Assembly (NCBI GenBank): GCA_973895155.1
Contig: OZ316892.1
Location: 9,776,283 to 9,840,282 of the forward strand
Length of the DNA: 64,000 nt
Source: Marsupella aquatica
Lineage: Eukaryota; Plantae; Marchantiophyta
Reading direction: 5' to 3'
The translations under genes were made by a program, and so were the position numbers. Positions 1 through 14,120 of this stretch are shown here, in pieces (position 1 is the first letter of the stretch; each line of letters opens with the position of its first letter). Under the pieces are notes generated by a model. The model did not search any database and was not told the DNA's origin. It saw nothing but the letters and a program-made list of their open reading frames with translations.

Positions 1-684
1 GTTGGCGTCCCATCTCTTGGGAATCATCAGCCTCAGCTTGGGCCTGCCGTTCGAGCACTTCCACCCGAGCTTCGAAGACAACATCAGTTTTCTGCGCTTA
101 AATTACTATTCGAAATGCCCCGTTCCTGACCTGACCCTGGGCGTGGGCAGGCACAAAGATTCGGGAGCATTGACGGTGTTCTTGCAGGATGAAGTGGGCG
201 GGTTGCAGGTGAGTTGATCCTCACTAAACCTCAAGTCCTCAATTGCCATCATGCTGTCAGAGCCGGTTCAGACAACATTGTGACCCTGTAGACTCGATAG
301 ATTGTATGTAGCGCCATGTGCTTCCGCTTTGATTGAAGTGACCTGGTGCAGGTGAGAAGGAAGGATGGGGAGTGGATCTCGGTGCAGCCTCGAAGAGATG
401 CATTTGTTATCAATCTGGCAGACGTGTTTCAGGTGTGGAGCAATGACAAGTATCGCAGCATTGAGCATCGAGTGGTGGTGAATGAGAACAAAGACCGTTT
501 CTCATTTCCTCTGTTCTACCACCCTTCTTGCAAGGCAAGTATAGAGCCTGTTAAGGAGTTGCTTGATGAGGAGCACCCACCGAAGTACCGACCGTTCTCC
601 TTTGGCATGTTCCAGAAAACTAGAAACGATGGCAACTTCAAGGAGCTGGGAGATGACATTCAGATTCATCACTTTGCTATCTAA
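1..684 (+). CDS. 2-oxoglutarate/Fe(II)-dependent dioxygenase (DOXC-type), 3' part; exons <1..208 and 352..684
   Basis: Motifs RLNYYxxCP, the HxD iron ligand (RHKDSG), GGLQV, distal His (IEHRV) and RxS (RFSF) are present. The GT..AG intron 209-351 keeps the frame. Confidence 0.93.
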
Positions 685-1570
685 TTTCTCAAATAAATTG
701 AGACAGGCTGCATACTGCATAAGAACACGATGATAAGTGACTATACCTCGACAAGCTTGTCTGAACGTAGAGCTGAGCAGTTCGTTAAAAGAGCAACGAA
801 AAGCTTACTGTAGCATGTTCTAGCACCATATAGCTTCCCCAAGTGGATGCAACTAACATTGTGATTCAGTTTTCCGGGGACCATAAGAAGTTGTCAAGAG
901 AAACTACCGTCCCATGGGATGTTGTTAGATTTCTTCTCGAACAAACTTGTCCAATAGCCTTATAAAAAGAATTCTGCTGCTGAAAAAAGGCCAAACGATG
1001 CAATGGACTCAAACAAGAGGGGATTTTATAATAGTACTCGATATAGACAAATCGAGGTCCGCGACGGAGCACTGAGCCAAGCGGGCCTTAGAAAATAAAA
1101 GATGTGGTCATATTAACAAAGGTGGATACAAAAAGTAGGAGTGGTCAGAGCCGCGCTATATGGGAGATTCCCTGGGACCCCGAAGAATCAGCTGCGTCAG
1201 AATCCTGCAGGAGTCTTTTCTCCAAAGACTAGGAAACAACGAATAAATGTGCTACTCTACATAATTTTACAAATTACGAGCCTTCATGGTCAAACTTTGG
1301 AAGCTTATAGAATAGTGATCTAACGTTTGTTCGCCAGGGCTTGAAGAATTCTCATGTGGTTCAACAGATACAAAACTGCATAAGCTTCTACAAATGCCAT
1401 ATTCCATCATTGTAGTCATTCCAGACATGAAAGAAGCATGGTGTTTGAGCTCATAATACGCCTGATTTACACCCCATATGCTTTGATCTTGAGCTTCAGG
1501 ATACATCTCCAGGTGTAGCACTATGTAAACTATGAGCTAGGGAACACTTCTAGCACTTCAAGCAGATCCA

Positions 1571-4217
1571 TCAGGTTTTCAGAAATGATGTGATGCCAAA
1601 AGGAGGAGGGCCGTCCTGTTCAAATCACCCCCACTGATGTATTAGTATTCTATTAATTCGACATTTATGGAATCACAAACTAGTTTAGTGTGCAGTCCTA
1701 AAACCTTCAATTCGTCAATACCTGTACTTAGCCCTAGCCCAGTTCTTTCTCACCCATGCCATTTTATTCTAACTTCAAATAGCCTGTCCTCCATTTATCG
1801 CTAGCACAATAGAGAAAGCTGCAAACTAACAGACAAAACCGAAGTTCCAAATCCATCTTTTTCGTGAAAACCTACCGACGAGGTCCAACAGTCCATTACT
1901 CAGAATTCGTACCTTGCCTTTTTCCTGATGCAGCCGTTGTTGTACAACTGTCATGTGCTGTATAAGTCTTTCCATGGATGTATGACTCGGAAGATTAGCA
2001 TGGACTAGTCACAACAACAGAGACGCTTTCAGGCTCAAGTTTCCTGACCACCACACTAAGAAGAAAGAACAGAGTTTCTCGAAGACACCCCACAGGTGAG
2101 CCTGCTTCAAGAAATCTCACTGTAGCTAATCTCTGAAAATGGAATAGTACCATTAACTTTCACACAGATGATCAGATGACAAAAAGGCCATCTAAAAATC
2201 CACAGATCGAAACATAGAACATACACAATGAAGATCTTTGAGAAAATCTACCTAACACAGCACAGTTCAGTGCATCCGCAATGCTTTGGCGGTGATCCAT
2301 GCTGAGGAGAGAAAACAAGGGTGACGTTTCCGGGTCTTCATATGCTAACAACGCCATACAATCCTGTAGATTGCAACAAATCCGTAAGACGAAGATCGCT
2401 GTTTTAGCAACAATTGCATATGAAAAGAAGTGCTGCCAAGTGTGTAATCTTGATCCACATGGTAGTATATGCGAGAACACATTTCCATGCTTTTTGACCA
2501 CCACTGAAAGCTAGGATGCTTTCATCTAACTTTTCATATATTTGCGATAGATGAAATGTACTGAAATTTTCCAAACGACAGGAAACTTGGAATGGTGAAT
2601 AGGACCAATGCAATCTGAAACTAGTAAGCACACCTGTAACCTCTCCAGATATCTCTCTTGCTTTCCAAATTGATCCAGCTCCTTTCGTGCAAACTCCAAG
2701 GCACCTGTGCTGCTAGATAAAACATCAAGGTTACAACAGGAGACAGTACAAGAAAACCAAATCCCCATAGTGAACTTTAACTTTAAAAACTCTCCACTAC
2801 TCATCATATTCCCAGCTAGAGCCAGGCTGAGATTACACACCAACTTTTAAGTAACAAAAGATAAATTCTTGTACAAAATTTCAATTAGCTCCCAGGAGAG
2901 GCATGTCAAAATACTATGACAAGAACTTTAAATTTGTTTCATCCATATTCTGAGGCACCCCTCACATGCTTGATCTTTGCAAATTCTGTATTCAACATCT
3001 TTATGGAGCACCGCGAAACAAACAATTAAGGAAAAGTACCCGGGTCAAGTACCAATCTTTGGAGCGAACAAGCTCAACAAAATGGAGAGTCAAGAGGTCG
3101 AAGTACACATCCTTGTTTGTTTGCAACAGATCAGCAGCAAGCTGGTTCGTCAGCCTAATGGCCTCCAGAACATTGCCCTCCAGCACATGTTTATATATTG
3201 CTGCAGCACAAAGAGCATATCCAGACATGCAGAGTCTCAAGGGTCATTAATTATTTTCATTTGATAATTCAAAGAGATATGGTAGAGCAAAAAGGGTAAA
3301 ATAAAGTAAAACGTAAAACCAAGGACTCAAGCAACCCTCAAACGGAATCATGTCCTCCCCATTGAAATGAAAATATGTTTAAGGATAGTTACGAACGCAG
3401 GCACCCACGTTTCCTCTTGTCGATGTCTACCGAGTAATCAGCTGTCAGCTGCATTCCCGTGCAGGATATGAACGTCTCGGCAGTCTCCTTGAAACAGTTG
3501 TGTACTAAATAGGACAAAACTATCTTACGAACGTCATTGTCATTAATTTTCTGCGCAGTGCAACCACGTCGAAATCACAACCCCTTTCTTCCTCGGGATT
3601 CACAAAAACATATCCATATCAAAACTCAAGAATATAAGTTCCAAATTTTCTTATAAATTCTCTATCAAGCTACCAGAACAAGTCACTCGGAATTCACATT
3701 TACGTAAGATGGCTAATCAAGGCAGCATAGAGTGAACTCTTCCCCGCTTATTATTCGCGTGAGAGATGGATCTGAATTTTGGCTGTGTCCAGCGCTCGAC
3801 AAAGAGGAAATGAGATGCTCGGAAAGGGTCCACGGAATGCACTTATAACTTTCACACCCGTGGAGCTCCATTCCGAGAATATCAGTAACTGAAGCTTCAG
3901 TCACCACGAAACGGTTGTGATAGCGCGCCATTGCCGTCTAGGGTGAAGACACAACATCACCCTGAGAGAAACTCCGAAAACTATCGTTCCCAACAAAGCC
4001 TTTCTTGCCGTGATCTTCTCAGAAACGAGGCAGACAAGGGCGGACAGCGAGCCAGCGCGACAGTATCAATCGTTGACCACAATCGGCATAGAATCACTAC
4101 GCCGAGAGGAGAAGTTGTGATCGCTATACACCTGAACTTATTCAAACCTGACGACAACAGACGAGAAAAGAAGATACAACCCACCACATGCTCGAAGTCT
4201 CGTGGATCCACATCCAT
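1571..4217 (-). CDS. LisH/CTLH/CRA-domain protein (GID8-like, CTLH E3 complex); exons 4217-4185, 3550-3409, 3200-3053, 2709-2634, 2363-2252, 2004-1913, 1615-1571
   Basis: The spliced product reads MDVDPRDFEHV-KINDNDVRKIVLSYLVHNCFKETAETF (LisH)...FDLLTLHFVELV (CTLH)...DCMALLAYEDPE...RQSIADALNCAVL (CRA)...DGPPPFGITSFLKT*. All introns are GT-AG and phase-compatible. Confidence 0.9.
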
Positions 4218-5827
4218 TGTTCCTCGTTCTCCCTTTCCACCTCCCAGGGGAAAATACGCAGCACAATCTCGATCGGCACACGCAACCGGCTTGATTACCT
4301 AGTGCTGAAACGATCAAGCACTCAGAATTGAATCCCGCACCATTAAGAGGACCTCCAACACGCTCCTTCTGCAGCTTCTCCTTGCCCACTCATACCTTCC
4401 ACGCTGAGGGGCGCATTCGTACTCTCCCCACCTCGTTTTTCGAGCCTTTGCTCTGATTTCTTTCTAACAAGGGACCACTTCCAGAAGAAAAAAGTTCACT
4501 CCGCCCGACTTCTGAAATTCCCACACCCTAGCTCGGCGTACTCCATCGACAATCTTGGATTGTTATGCGAGAGCAGCAGCAGCAGCAGTAGTGGTACCAG
4601 AGCTCGGTACAGTACATTATGGGGGGATTACGGGCACGACAATTTGTTCAGGTCCCTGTGGACCCTGTTGCTAGCCTATTGTGCTACAGTCCAACTCTAC
4701 CACACTCTACAAAGGGAACAGAAATATAATAGAAGTCCTTCTGTCAGGAGGCCTGTACTACACTACTACTTCTGTCGGGAGGTCTGTACTGAACCATAAG
4801 TCCAGCTCTTCATACCAATCTTCCAATCCGTCCATCGTATAAACAGTGCCCTCTCTCGCTTCGTGGACTGAAAGACTCGGTTCGCAATGTATGCCACGCG
4901 CACCACAGTGTGTGCTGTATGGACAATCTAGACATTTGGCCGACAACATCTGTTTCCCCACAATAGGGTTGGCCCCACTTTGCCGACTCCAAAGACTATT
5001 TTTTCCACATATGTTTAGTAATTGGTATGATGATATTTTCTCATGAGAATGTCTAAACTTGACCGTCTTGATATTGTGTGACTTTAATCGTTCGTGCAGG
5101 TGAAGTCTAAGGGCCCTACCAGGTTGAAGAGTAGTGACCATGTTCGCTATGGTACAGTACGGAAAGGAACAGACCGTTCCGTTACAGTCTAGTACTCTAC
5201 TCTAATCTATGGCTTAGGCTGCCTAGTTTTTAAAGTGTAATTTACTAGACTAGCCTGAGTACCCGTTAGTCTATAGTATAGGCTGCCTAGATGTTAAGGT
5301 GTAATTTACTAGACTAGCCTGATCACCCGCTCCTTGAATGGAAAGAGAAGGAGAAAAAAAAACCTTGCAGAGTGAAAGGATTCCATGTTATTTCCTGTTC
5401 ATTTTTTATTTTTTATGTTTTTGTTGAAATAAATAAGGATTTCATGTTATTTCCTGTTCATCATTGGCTCCATCTCTATTTTTTGTGTGCACCCTCATAT
5501 TCAGTAGTTATGCCCTCAGGTAGAGTCAAAGTCTAGAGTGAAGGCCCATGGAGTAGCTCTATATTAGTCATATTGCCACTCTTTTCTGGCTCTTTGCACA
5601 TGAATTAAAGGTCATTTGGGGCAAACATGGAACACCTAAGAGTGGGACTTGACTGGTTTGCGGGGGGAGGGGGGGAGGGGGTCAGGGGGGGCAATGGTGA
5701 CTTTTCCACCCAAACATAATTCCTTGAACCAAGGAGCCATGTTAAGATCACCTGGGGAGGTGATCTAAAATTATAGACAGAACAAGCACTCCACAAGCAT
5801 TTCCTTGGGCCCACCCTTGCAATGTAC

Positions 5828-6662
5828 TAGGGGGTCTCAAACCCCAAACTGTGATGTGCCTTAACCTAATAGTTAAGGTTACTGACTGAACAAGCAACTA
5901 TGGACTACCAAATTCATGATCCATAACTTTTTGCCAACAAATATTCGTCATATGCTATGACCATAAGCTGTAGAGGGTAGTGAGAAAAAGAAAACTTTTA
6001 CATAACCCTGGGAAAAACTATGGCCAAAAGCTATCATCTGTAACTATGAAGCTTTGAGACATCCCTATGCAGACACCATAATATATACCTGAAAGGGCTC
6101 CCAGTTCTTGTAAGGCCAACTGCAATTGTTTCCATTCATTACATCACCTGGAATTAAGATAAGAGGGAGATTATTCTTTAGTAGAAATGGAAAAACTAAT
6201 GGATAATGAGTGTGGTAGTACATACCTATTTTCTGTCCATAACCTTAGGGCAGTCTTGCATGTGCTGAGTCCTTGGGTTTCCAGCCCTAAACTGAACACC
6301 TAGCACACCAACATTGAGTGAGTTTTGTATGCCTCAGCCTCCTCCTCAGGACTGAGGGCATACAAAGTGGGGAACCAAGGGCAAGGGCCAGGAAATTTCT
6401 GACCCTTGAGGTCCCAACCTTGAATTTAGAATGACCCAAAGAAACAATTCCTAGCTGAGCCCTGTAGATGTGGGAATGACAACAGTTCCCACGTAACAGG
6501 GTAAGCAGATACTGTGGAAATTTGGAGGAGATTTGGATCTGCTTTTTACCCATACGTTGGGGAGTGCTAAGGGCCAGAAAGTTATGAGAAATGTATGCAA
6601 GACTGCCTTAACCTAGTACTGTAGTTAAGGTACAATAAGGTTTGAGGGTTTGAGACTCCCTA
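5828..6662. mobile_element. Non-autonomous TIR element (MITE) containing a nested MITE
   Basis: Ends TAGGGGGTCTCAAACCCCAAAC and GTTTGAGGGTTTGAGACTCCCTA are inverted, as are subterminal TGTGCCTTAAC and GTTAAGGTACA. An inverted homolog lies at ~32017-32785. Confidence 0.6.
6248..6608. mobile_element. Tourist-like MITE nested in the 5828-6662 element
   Basis: TIRs GGGCAGTCTTGCAT and ATGCAAGACTGCCT, flanked by TTA and TAA. An internal hairpin lies at 6322-6365. Confidence 0.55.
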
Positions 6663-8567
6663 TTAAAACTCCATGGAAAGGAAAAAATGAAAATCCTCCA
6701 TGGAGACTCCCTATTAAATCCATAAGTCCCTATCAAACCCACGAGTTCCTATTAAACCCATAAGTCTCGAGGCTCCTAGGGGTCTGCGTTGCTTCCACGC
6801 GTTATAAATACCGAGTCATGAAGCCGTTGAACTTCGATCCTTCTTGGTTTTATACATGTGATGAATGGATTGATCTTGCGTTTGCGAGAGAGATGCCCTC
6901 CGTTCTTGTTACGCAAGGGCATCGCCGATTCTGACCCCCCTAAAACCATGTTTCGACAAGCCATCGATTGGGCCTACTGAATGCTATGAAGTGAACCTGA
7001 AAATGGACTTTTCAAGCTCCGGTCCATTCCAATCGAATGCATGATTGCAGTTCTTTGAATGTATTTTTGATTTCCTATAGATTTGGATTTTCGTATCGAA
7101 TCAACTATAACGCTGGTCGAGGCACCATCGCGTGACCGATCGATCTCGTGATTTGGACATGAAGTGAACGGGATTGGATTGCAGTATTTCCGATGGATTT
7201 TCGTTTTCCGGTCGATTGTAACACTGAGGGTCTGAGGCACCATCGCCTCACCTTCGAAATGAATGAACCAAATACTGTAGCTGCATTCGATGGCCTCAGT
7301 TCGAGACCAGAAGTGATCGATTTGGTCTTTTTTACGGACTGTGAAGGGAAAGGATTGCAATGGTTCCTCTGCGTTGTCATATACTAGTGTTCCAATCAAA
7401 CTTAGCACTGCGGTACTGTCGTCTGAGCTTCGAAATGATTACCGGGCTGATTGGTAGCGAGCCAAATAGCCACAGTAGCTTCTTGAGCACGGGGATTGCA
7501 CAGCTCGAGCTAGACCACGACTTATCATTTCATCATTTCTCGTGGCTATCATGGTTAGACTATGCTTATCCACTCATGAAAGATCTCGCATGCCACGCAC
7601 GTAGAAATGATCGACTCCTTCAATACCAGGGGAAAACAGAGTCGGAAGTACGACAGAGGAAATGCACATTGAGTGGAAATGGAGGGCGAGGCCGTGAAGT
7701 ACAACACGTCCGTACCTCAACAGAATAACTGGATGAAAGAAATGCCGTTTTGTATTTATGTGATTGGATTCATCTGGCGCACATGTTTGCATGCGGGTCG
7801 CGGCCGCTAGTTCAAAGACTGCTGTTAACTGGTTTGGAGTTGTTAACTGGTTTGGAGTTGTGCCAAGAGCAGAAGGAGACGCATGATTAGCGTGATTGAC
7901 GATTCTAGTGGTTTGCAACCAATAGAATAAGAAGTGTTCTGCCAAGAAGCTTCGAGCTAGCCTTGGGATTCGCAGTAGCCTTGTGATTTCGCATCGCCTC
8001 GATCAGTTACGTTGAAGAGTAACTTCAAAGTTAGATTGGAGAGCCCGTATCGAATGTGTTCTTTCTGAATTTTAAAACCGTGCCGGATTTCCTTTGTATA
8101 GAAGAGCAGAGTCCTTGTTCTTTTACAACAAGCGGTCCTTTTACGCTTAAGTGCAGCGTCTCAGTACAGATGTGTACGAGATCCCTGCGCAATGCATTAG
8201 AATCTCTCTGTGGCAAATTATGTCAAATCACGTTGGTACGGTTATCTTGAATTGGAATATCTCAATTAGATCAATTTTAAGTAGTACATCATATCCTTTG
8301 CACTAAATCCATTGCAGAATGTGTAGGTCCATACGTATCAAACATTGAGGCGTAAGGTCTCGTCGCAAGTGCGAGTTTGACATCTCGCCAGCACAACGTT
8401 TTTCCAACGAGTTTGACTGTTGAGCAACCTTCCTCCTCTCAGCACTGCCGCTGAACTGACGAGCATCGTCGTATTGGCATATCATCGTCCAGGTTTTGTC
8501 GGTCGAATCAGGAAGATAGTTGCCTAAACATCTCATCAGATTTGAGCTTTAAGAGTATGTTTGAGCA

Positions 8568-11500
8568 ATGAAAGTCCCAAGCAATACTCTCGGTACCGTG
8601 CGTTCCACGGTGCTCATCGTGGCGCTGCTTGCCTGCGCCTTCATTGTATTCGATTCATATCACTGGCAGCTCTTATCCATGAGCTGGTCGCAGCCGTCGT
8701 TCGCCCCTTCTCATTCCAAGATTGAGTCAAATGCAGTGGCCCCCGCGATGCGGCTTTCCTCTCCCGCAGCTGCAACAACCAAAGATACTTCAACTAAGGT
8801 AACAACGTCCAAAGCTTTTTCTGATGCCAATTATTCTGGCATGTAAGTGGGATTGCAAACGATGAACACTCGCTCAAGAACGATAGCATTCCAGGAAATA
8901 TGATTGATAAAGAAACCGAAGCAAAATACATACCGGATGATCATCTTCTAGATGGCTATGATCATGCGGGAACGTCCTCCTCTCAGAAATCTGACAACTC
9001 GCGCTATCTCCTGTCCCCAGGAGAATAATACTGGAGGAGCTTCAAAGACTTCGGGAACTAGTACCGGCGACAATGGCCAAGAGTTCACAACGTTGCACAA
9101 CTTAACTTCGATTGGGAGCGGTGATGCTTCTTCTTCTGTGGATTCCAGACTGAAGACTGATCGTTTGAAAGCCGAATTTGACGAGAGCGATTCGAATATT
9201 GAGGCAGTACCGCCATTTAGAAATGCTCCAGATTCAAAAGAACGAGCCGATACTGGACTGGGTATACCATTCGGACTGTCCTTGACTTTGAGATTCTTGT
9301 TTGTTGTTGTTTGCTGCTTGGTTCAGTTAATTTAATGAAATTTCAAAAACTGGAGCTTTATTCTTATTGCCAATGAACTTCACGAAAATGTGGTATTGTT
9401 CGTCTATTGGACTATTGATTGCTCGCATCACAGGTGACAATCGTTGCTCTCACTATCAGGTTAATATTTGTCTGACCAATTCAAAGCTCAAAGAGATTCC
9501 CCTGTCTCTGTTAGTTGCGATTGTCAATTATCATCTTTGAGATGTACAGTTCGCGATCTTGCTTTGCGTTATCATGTCAGAAGACAATTTGACAAAATGA
9601 AGTCGTTGAATCGATCGGGCAGCGAAGGCGGACTTGGCTGCACAAGACGGAGGACATCCAGGGGCTTCGTCGATAGTAGACGCAGGGACAGCCGCGGCGC
9701 CTCTGATTACTTCTTCTGAAAGTATAGCACCTCCAAAACCTGCTGACCATATCGGAAAGGTTCGCTGCATTTACATTCATTGGAAACAGGATAGGAAAGA
9801 CGTTGTGTGCGTGTTGCCACCATCCAAATTTGATCTTGATGTACAATCCAGCTGGAGACATTTGTGGGAGTTGAAAAGGCAACTCTATTCGCGTTCAATT
9901 GATTTATTTGATTGACAGTCGATCTGGCGCTACTTCACCGCAGAAGAGTACTCGAAAGTATGATGATCTCACCAGTATTGAGAGAGTGGAGTTTGATCTC
10001 TGGCAAGCGCGCTCCGCAATGCGAAAGGTGATTCTCGCACAAATGAATTCAAGCTCTGCTGCTCAATCCGTTCCAAACGGCGAGCCTGTGGGAGATGTCT
10101 ACAGAGACGCGGCAATATTTCGCCAGTAAGTGTGTCTCTACGCTGTCAGAAAACACTACCAGTTTTCTCCTTGAATCCGACCTCATGAATATATCAGTGG
10201 AAACAATTTCTTGACAACTCATGAGGATTCTAAAAATCAATGACTCCAACCTTCCAAATTTCGTGTCATTTCGGTGGCTATCCTGAAGACCACCTTCGGG
10301 AGTGATCTTTATTCTGAACTCGATTCTGAGGTCCGGTTAATCAAAGTTTTGCAGATTCTAAAGCATTAAACAGTGATTCGGATATAGAGCACTTGACTGC
10401 ACAATGGTCCCGACATGTGACTCTGCTGTGCTGCGAAACTTGACTTCGCACCGTTCTATTGTATTTTTTATTCGAAAAAGATCAGGATTTTCATTGACGT
10501 GATCAAAATTGTTCAGGAGCTACCAAGAAATGGAGCAGCGGTTCAAGGTGTACATCTACCAGGAGGGCGAAGAGCCGCTCGTCCACAACGGCCCATGCAA
10601 GAACATCTATGCCATCGAAGGTCGCTTCATCCAGGAGCTACAGGGGGACAACCCATTCGTCACAGCCGATCCCGAGGCAGCGCACGTCTTCTTCTTGCCT
10701 TTCAGCGTCGCCATGATGGTGACCTACCTGTACACCGCCAATTCAGGTGACATGTCTCCTCTCCTCCGGTTTGCGAAGGACTACGTGAATGTGGTGTCCC
10801 GAAAGTATCCATACTGGACGAGGAGCGAGGGTGCCGACCATTTCATGCTCGCCTGCCACGATTGGGTAAGTTTGGGGTTCAATTGTTGCATCGAGTCATT
10901 GTGATTTCAATGTCCTTCAGATTCTCGAGGTCTGCAATTTGCAACCCTTCGCAGTTCAGTTCTACCAATTTCAATGGTGATTATCTGCTTCATGGTTCGT
11001 GGGGAGAGGTGCTCGTCTTGGTTTTCACTTTGGGTTGTGGCCATCCCCTCAGTTGCGTTTCCTTTGGGAGGAGATTCTTGTGCTAGTGAATTGAAGCTGT
11101 AAATCTTCGAAGCTGTAAATCTTCGAAGCTGAGCCTTCCTGGGAGAGATCTCCTTAATCTTGGTTTTGGCCATCCAGACCTTGCATGTATTGTCCAGGGG
11201 CCGAAGCTTCTGTATAGTAACGCCCTGGTAAGTGGGCATTGTGTGCCATAGGGCCTTTAGATGTATTAACCCACCTCTTATGCCACTTAAAGGCCTAAGA
11301 GTTTCTTTATTTTTACTATTTTAGGTGAAACTAGATGAGGAGTTTCTTAATGCCCTGATGCAAATCTGTACTATGGGTTCTTCTCCAGAAAGCACTAAAA
11401 GTTGCAAAGAGAAAAATCATAAAGGGCATTAAGTTGTTGTGTGCTTGCTTGCAAGGGGATGGGTCCCATACTTGTCAGACCCTCTAGCTAACAACAAGCT

Positions 11501-12539
11501 TCAAGGTTTGGAGCACACCAAAGTCGCATAGGATTTGCACGTCCAGTAGCCACCATTTGGATAAGAGAAATGTCATTAAATGATGTGTGAGGAGAAAGGA
11601 CATTGCTGAGAGGGAGAGTTATGGGTTCATGGGGAATAAAAGTTTTGAGTTGAGTTGGACCATAAAGGTGTTTGAGAGGGGCATGGGAAGGAGGATCTTT
11701 GTAAGTGCTTGAGAAAGCTTTTCCTGTTTAAGAACTTATAAACTCCTGGTGAGAAGTTTACTGCAATAGGTCAGGTTGACCTTCAATTCTTATGTAGTAG
11801 GTATTTGAATAATACATTTCCTTGAAAATGCAGATGGCTACTAACAATCCTCTCCAAGCAGGGACCCCACATATCAAGAGCTGATGAGAAACTTATCTCC
11901 AACTCAATTAGAGTGCTCTGCAATGCAAATGTTTCTGAAGGGTATATCCCCACCAAGGATGCAAGCTTGCCAGAAATACACCTTGTAGGGGGGGAAATTC
12001 CAGCAGAGCTAGGAGGCCTGCCTGCCAGTGAACGAACCATATTGGCCTTCTTTGCAGGTGGGGATCATGGGCCAGTCCGGCCAGAACTCTTCAAGAACTG
12101 GGAAGGAAAGGATGATGACATTCTAGTCTACCACCAAGTCCCTGAAGGAGGGCCAGCTTATCATACATATATGAAGAGCAGCAAATACTGTCTTTGCCCA
12201 GGTGGTTATGAGGTGAACAGTCCTCGGATTGTGGAGGCAATTTACAGCGATTGCGTTCCTGTTGTGATTGCGGACAAATTTGTGCTTCCATTCAGTGATG
12301 TCCTGGACTGGAGGATGTTTGCCGTGCATGTCCTAGAGAAGGACATCCCCAATTTAAAAATCATCTTGGAAGCCATTTCTACCCAAACTTACATTGGAAT
12401 GCAGGCCAAGATCAAAAAAGTTCGGCGCCACTTTCTTTTGAACCAACCTCCAGAGAGGTATGATGTCTTTCACATGATTCTGTACTCAGTTTGGCTGAGA
12501 AGGCTTAACATCCAACCTCTCGCAGCTATGCCAAGATAA
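8568..12539 (+). CDS. Exostosin-like glycosyltransferase (GT47), type II membrane protein; confident exons ~9944-10125, 10517-10865, 11862-12539; tentative 5' exons 8568-8798, 8952-9261, 9647-9759
   Basis: An N-terminal TM anchor (VLIVALLACAFIVF) precedes a low-complexity stem. GT47 motifs: SYQEMEQRFKVYIY, AHVFFLPFS, GADHFMLACHDW, SKYCLCPGGYEVNSPRIVEAIYSDCVPV, FHMILYSVWLRRLN. Confidence 0.88.
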
Positions 12540-13121
12540 TGGGTCCATTTGACATTGGGTTTCACATACATTCCAGTTATTTGACTCTCAATATAGATAT
12601 ATACGCTCTCAACAACTGAATAAAGGAAGGTATCTCCATTTTCTCCTGGCCAGGAAAGCATTGTAAGATGGGTGCTTTACAAAGCTTATTGATCATTGAT
12701 ATTCACAATGCATGCACAATGGGCTGAGAAACATTCCAGAATTCCAGCTGCTCGGCAACCTCACACCCTTGGCCTGAGTTCCAGATGAGAACTAGTCTGT
12801 TCACAACTATGATGAGGGGCTGAGAATATTCTCACTAGCAGCAGAGCTCAACAGATGACATTGAGAGGGCATCAAAGTGATAGGTCTTACTGAATTCCAG
12901 AGTCCTCCTTTGGGTTTGATTTCTCTGCTCCCCACCTCTGTTTGCTGCTGGTGACTTGGATTTCATTTGGTACTAAATTCCAGACTAATCTGACTATGGA
13001 CATTTGGAGACAGTTCTTTTTGTTGAGAGAAAGTAGATGTCCATTCATGACACATCTTTGAATGACCATAAAGTCCTTTTGTTTGAATGGCAGAAGATGG
13101 GTCTCACATGGCCTTACTAGG

Positions 13122-13511
13122 TTGTTCATGTTAGTGTATTTTGAAGAGCAGGCTCATTGTATCATGTGTATAATTATTGTACATTTTTTGAATTTCTTCT
13201 GGTCTCTTCAGTTTTGTATTCTGGTCATCTTCAATGCAGTTGTTCATGTTAGTGTATTTTGAGGATCAGGCTCATTGCAACATGTGTATAATTATTGTAT
13301 ATTGTTTGAACTTCTTCTGGTCTCTTCAGTTTTGTATTATGGTCATCTTCAATGCAGTTGTTCATGTTAGTGTATTTTGAAGAGCAGGCTCATTGCAGCA
13401 TGTGTATGTTTTTTGAACTTCTTTGGGTTTGAACTTCTATGGGTCTCTTCAGTTTTGTATTTTGGTCATCTTCAATGCAGTTATTTATGTTAGTGTATTT
13501 TGAAGAGCAAG
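13122..13511. repeat. Tandem repeat, ~118-120 bp unit x3 plus a partial fourth copy
   Basis: GTTGTTCATGTTAGTGTATTTTGA recurs at ~13122, 13240, 13358 and, degenerate, at 13480. Confidence 0.85.
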
Positions 13512-13544
13512 CTATATGGTCTATGCAAACTTTTGTGTCCAATA

Positions 13545-14120
13545 TTTTGATTTTAAGGTGCCTTAACAAGATGAATCATTGTTAATTAGATTTTGAGCTA
13601 ACCTTTGGACCCCTTCTAATTTTAGTTAACTTAGAGTATTTTGAATTTATTTTGGCTCCCCTCATAAATGTTTAACTTTTCCTTTCCAATCATTCCTTAG
13701 TGAATTCTATCTTTTATCATGAGAGTGAGAGAAATAAATTTGAACAATGTGCACATGTGATGTACTAAGTTCACCTAGACAAAATTACTTCACAAAATTT
13801 ATGATTTTAATTGAGTTGACTATCATTACCTAGAAGCAACTGAAAATTTGTACCTTATGTGCACAACTCTTCAGTACTACCATTGTACTTTCCTGATCAT
13901 TATGTGCTTTCTATGGCATGTGTATTTATGGTTTTGTGTATTATTGCACTCACTCTTAATTAACAGATATTATTTTTCTCATTCTTAATTAATAACAGAT
14001 ATTATTTTTCTTGACATGTACTCTACATCTACTCTCTTCTTTTATCATAAATAAATTAGATGAATTACATATCATTACAAGAAAAAAATGGGATGTTTGA
14101 GGATGAACATGCTCTATCTA
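13545..14120. repeat. Dispersed AT-rich repeat; second copy at ~57645-58290
   Basis: Shared blocks GGACCCCT..TAATTTTAGT..ACTTAGAGTATTTTGAAT, CATTACCTAGAAGCAA and GGATGAACATGCT. Confidence 0.75.

Noticed and set aside
4606-5160. Element flanked by a 10-bp direct repeat GGTACAGTAC
   Set aside because: No convincing TIRs, tail or second copy in the window; it cannot be distinguished from chance.
13122-13511. CRISPR-like array
   Set aside because: Whole units repeat with no unique spacers, the context is eukaryotic, and there are no cas genes.
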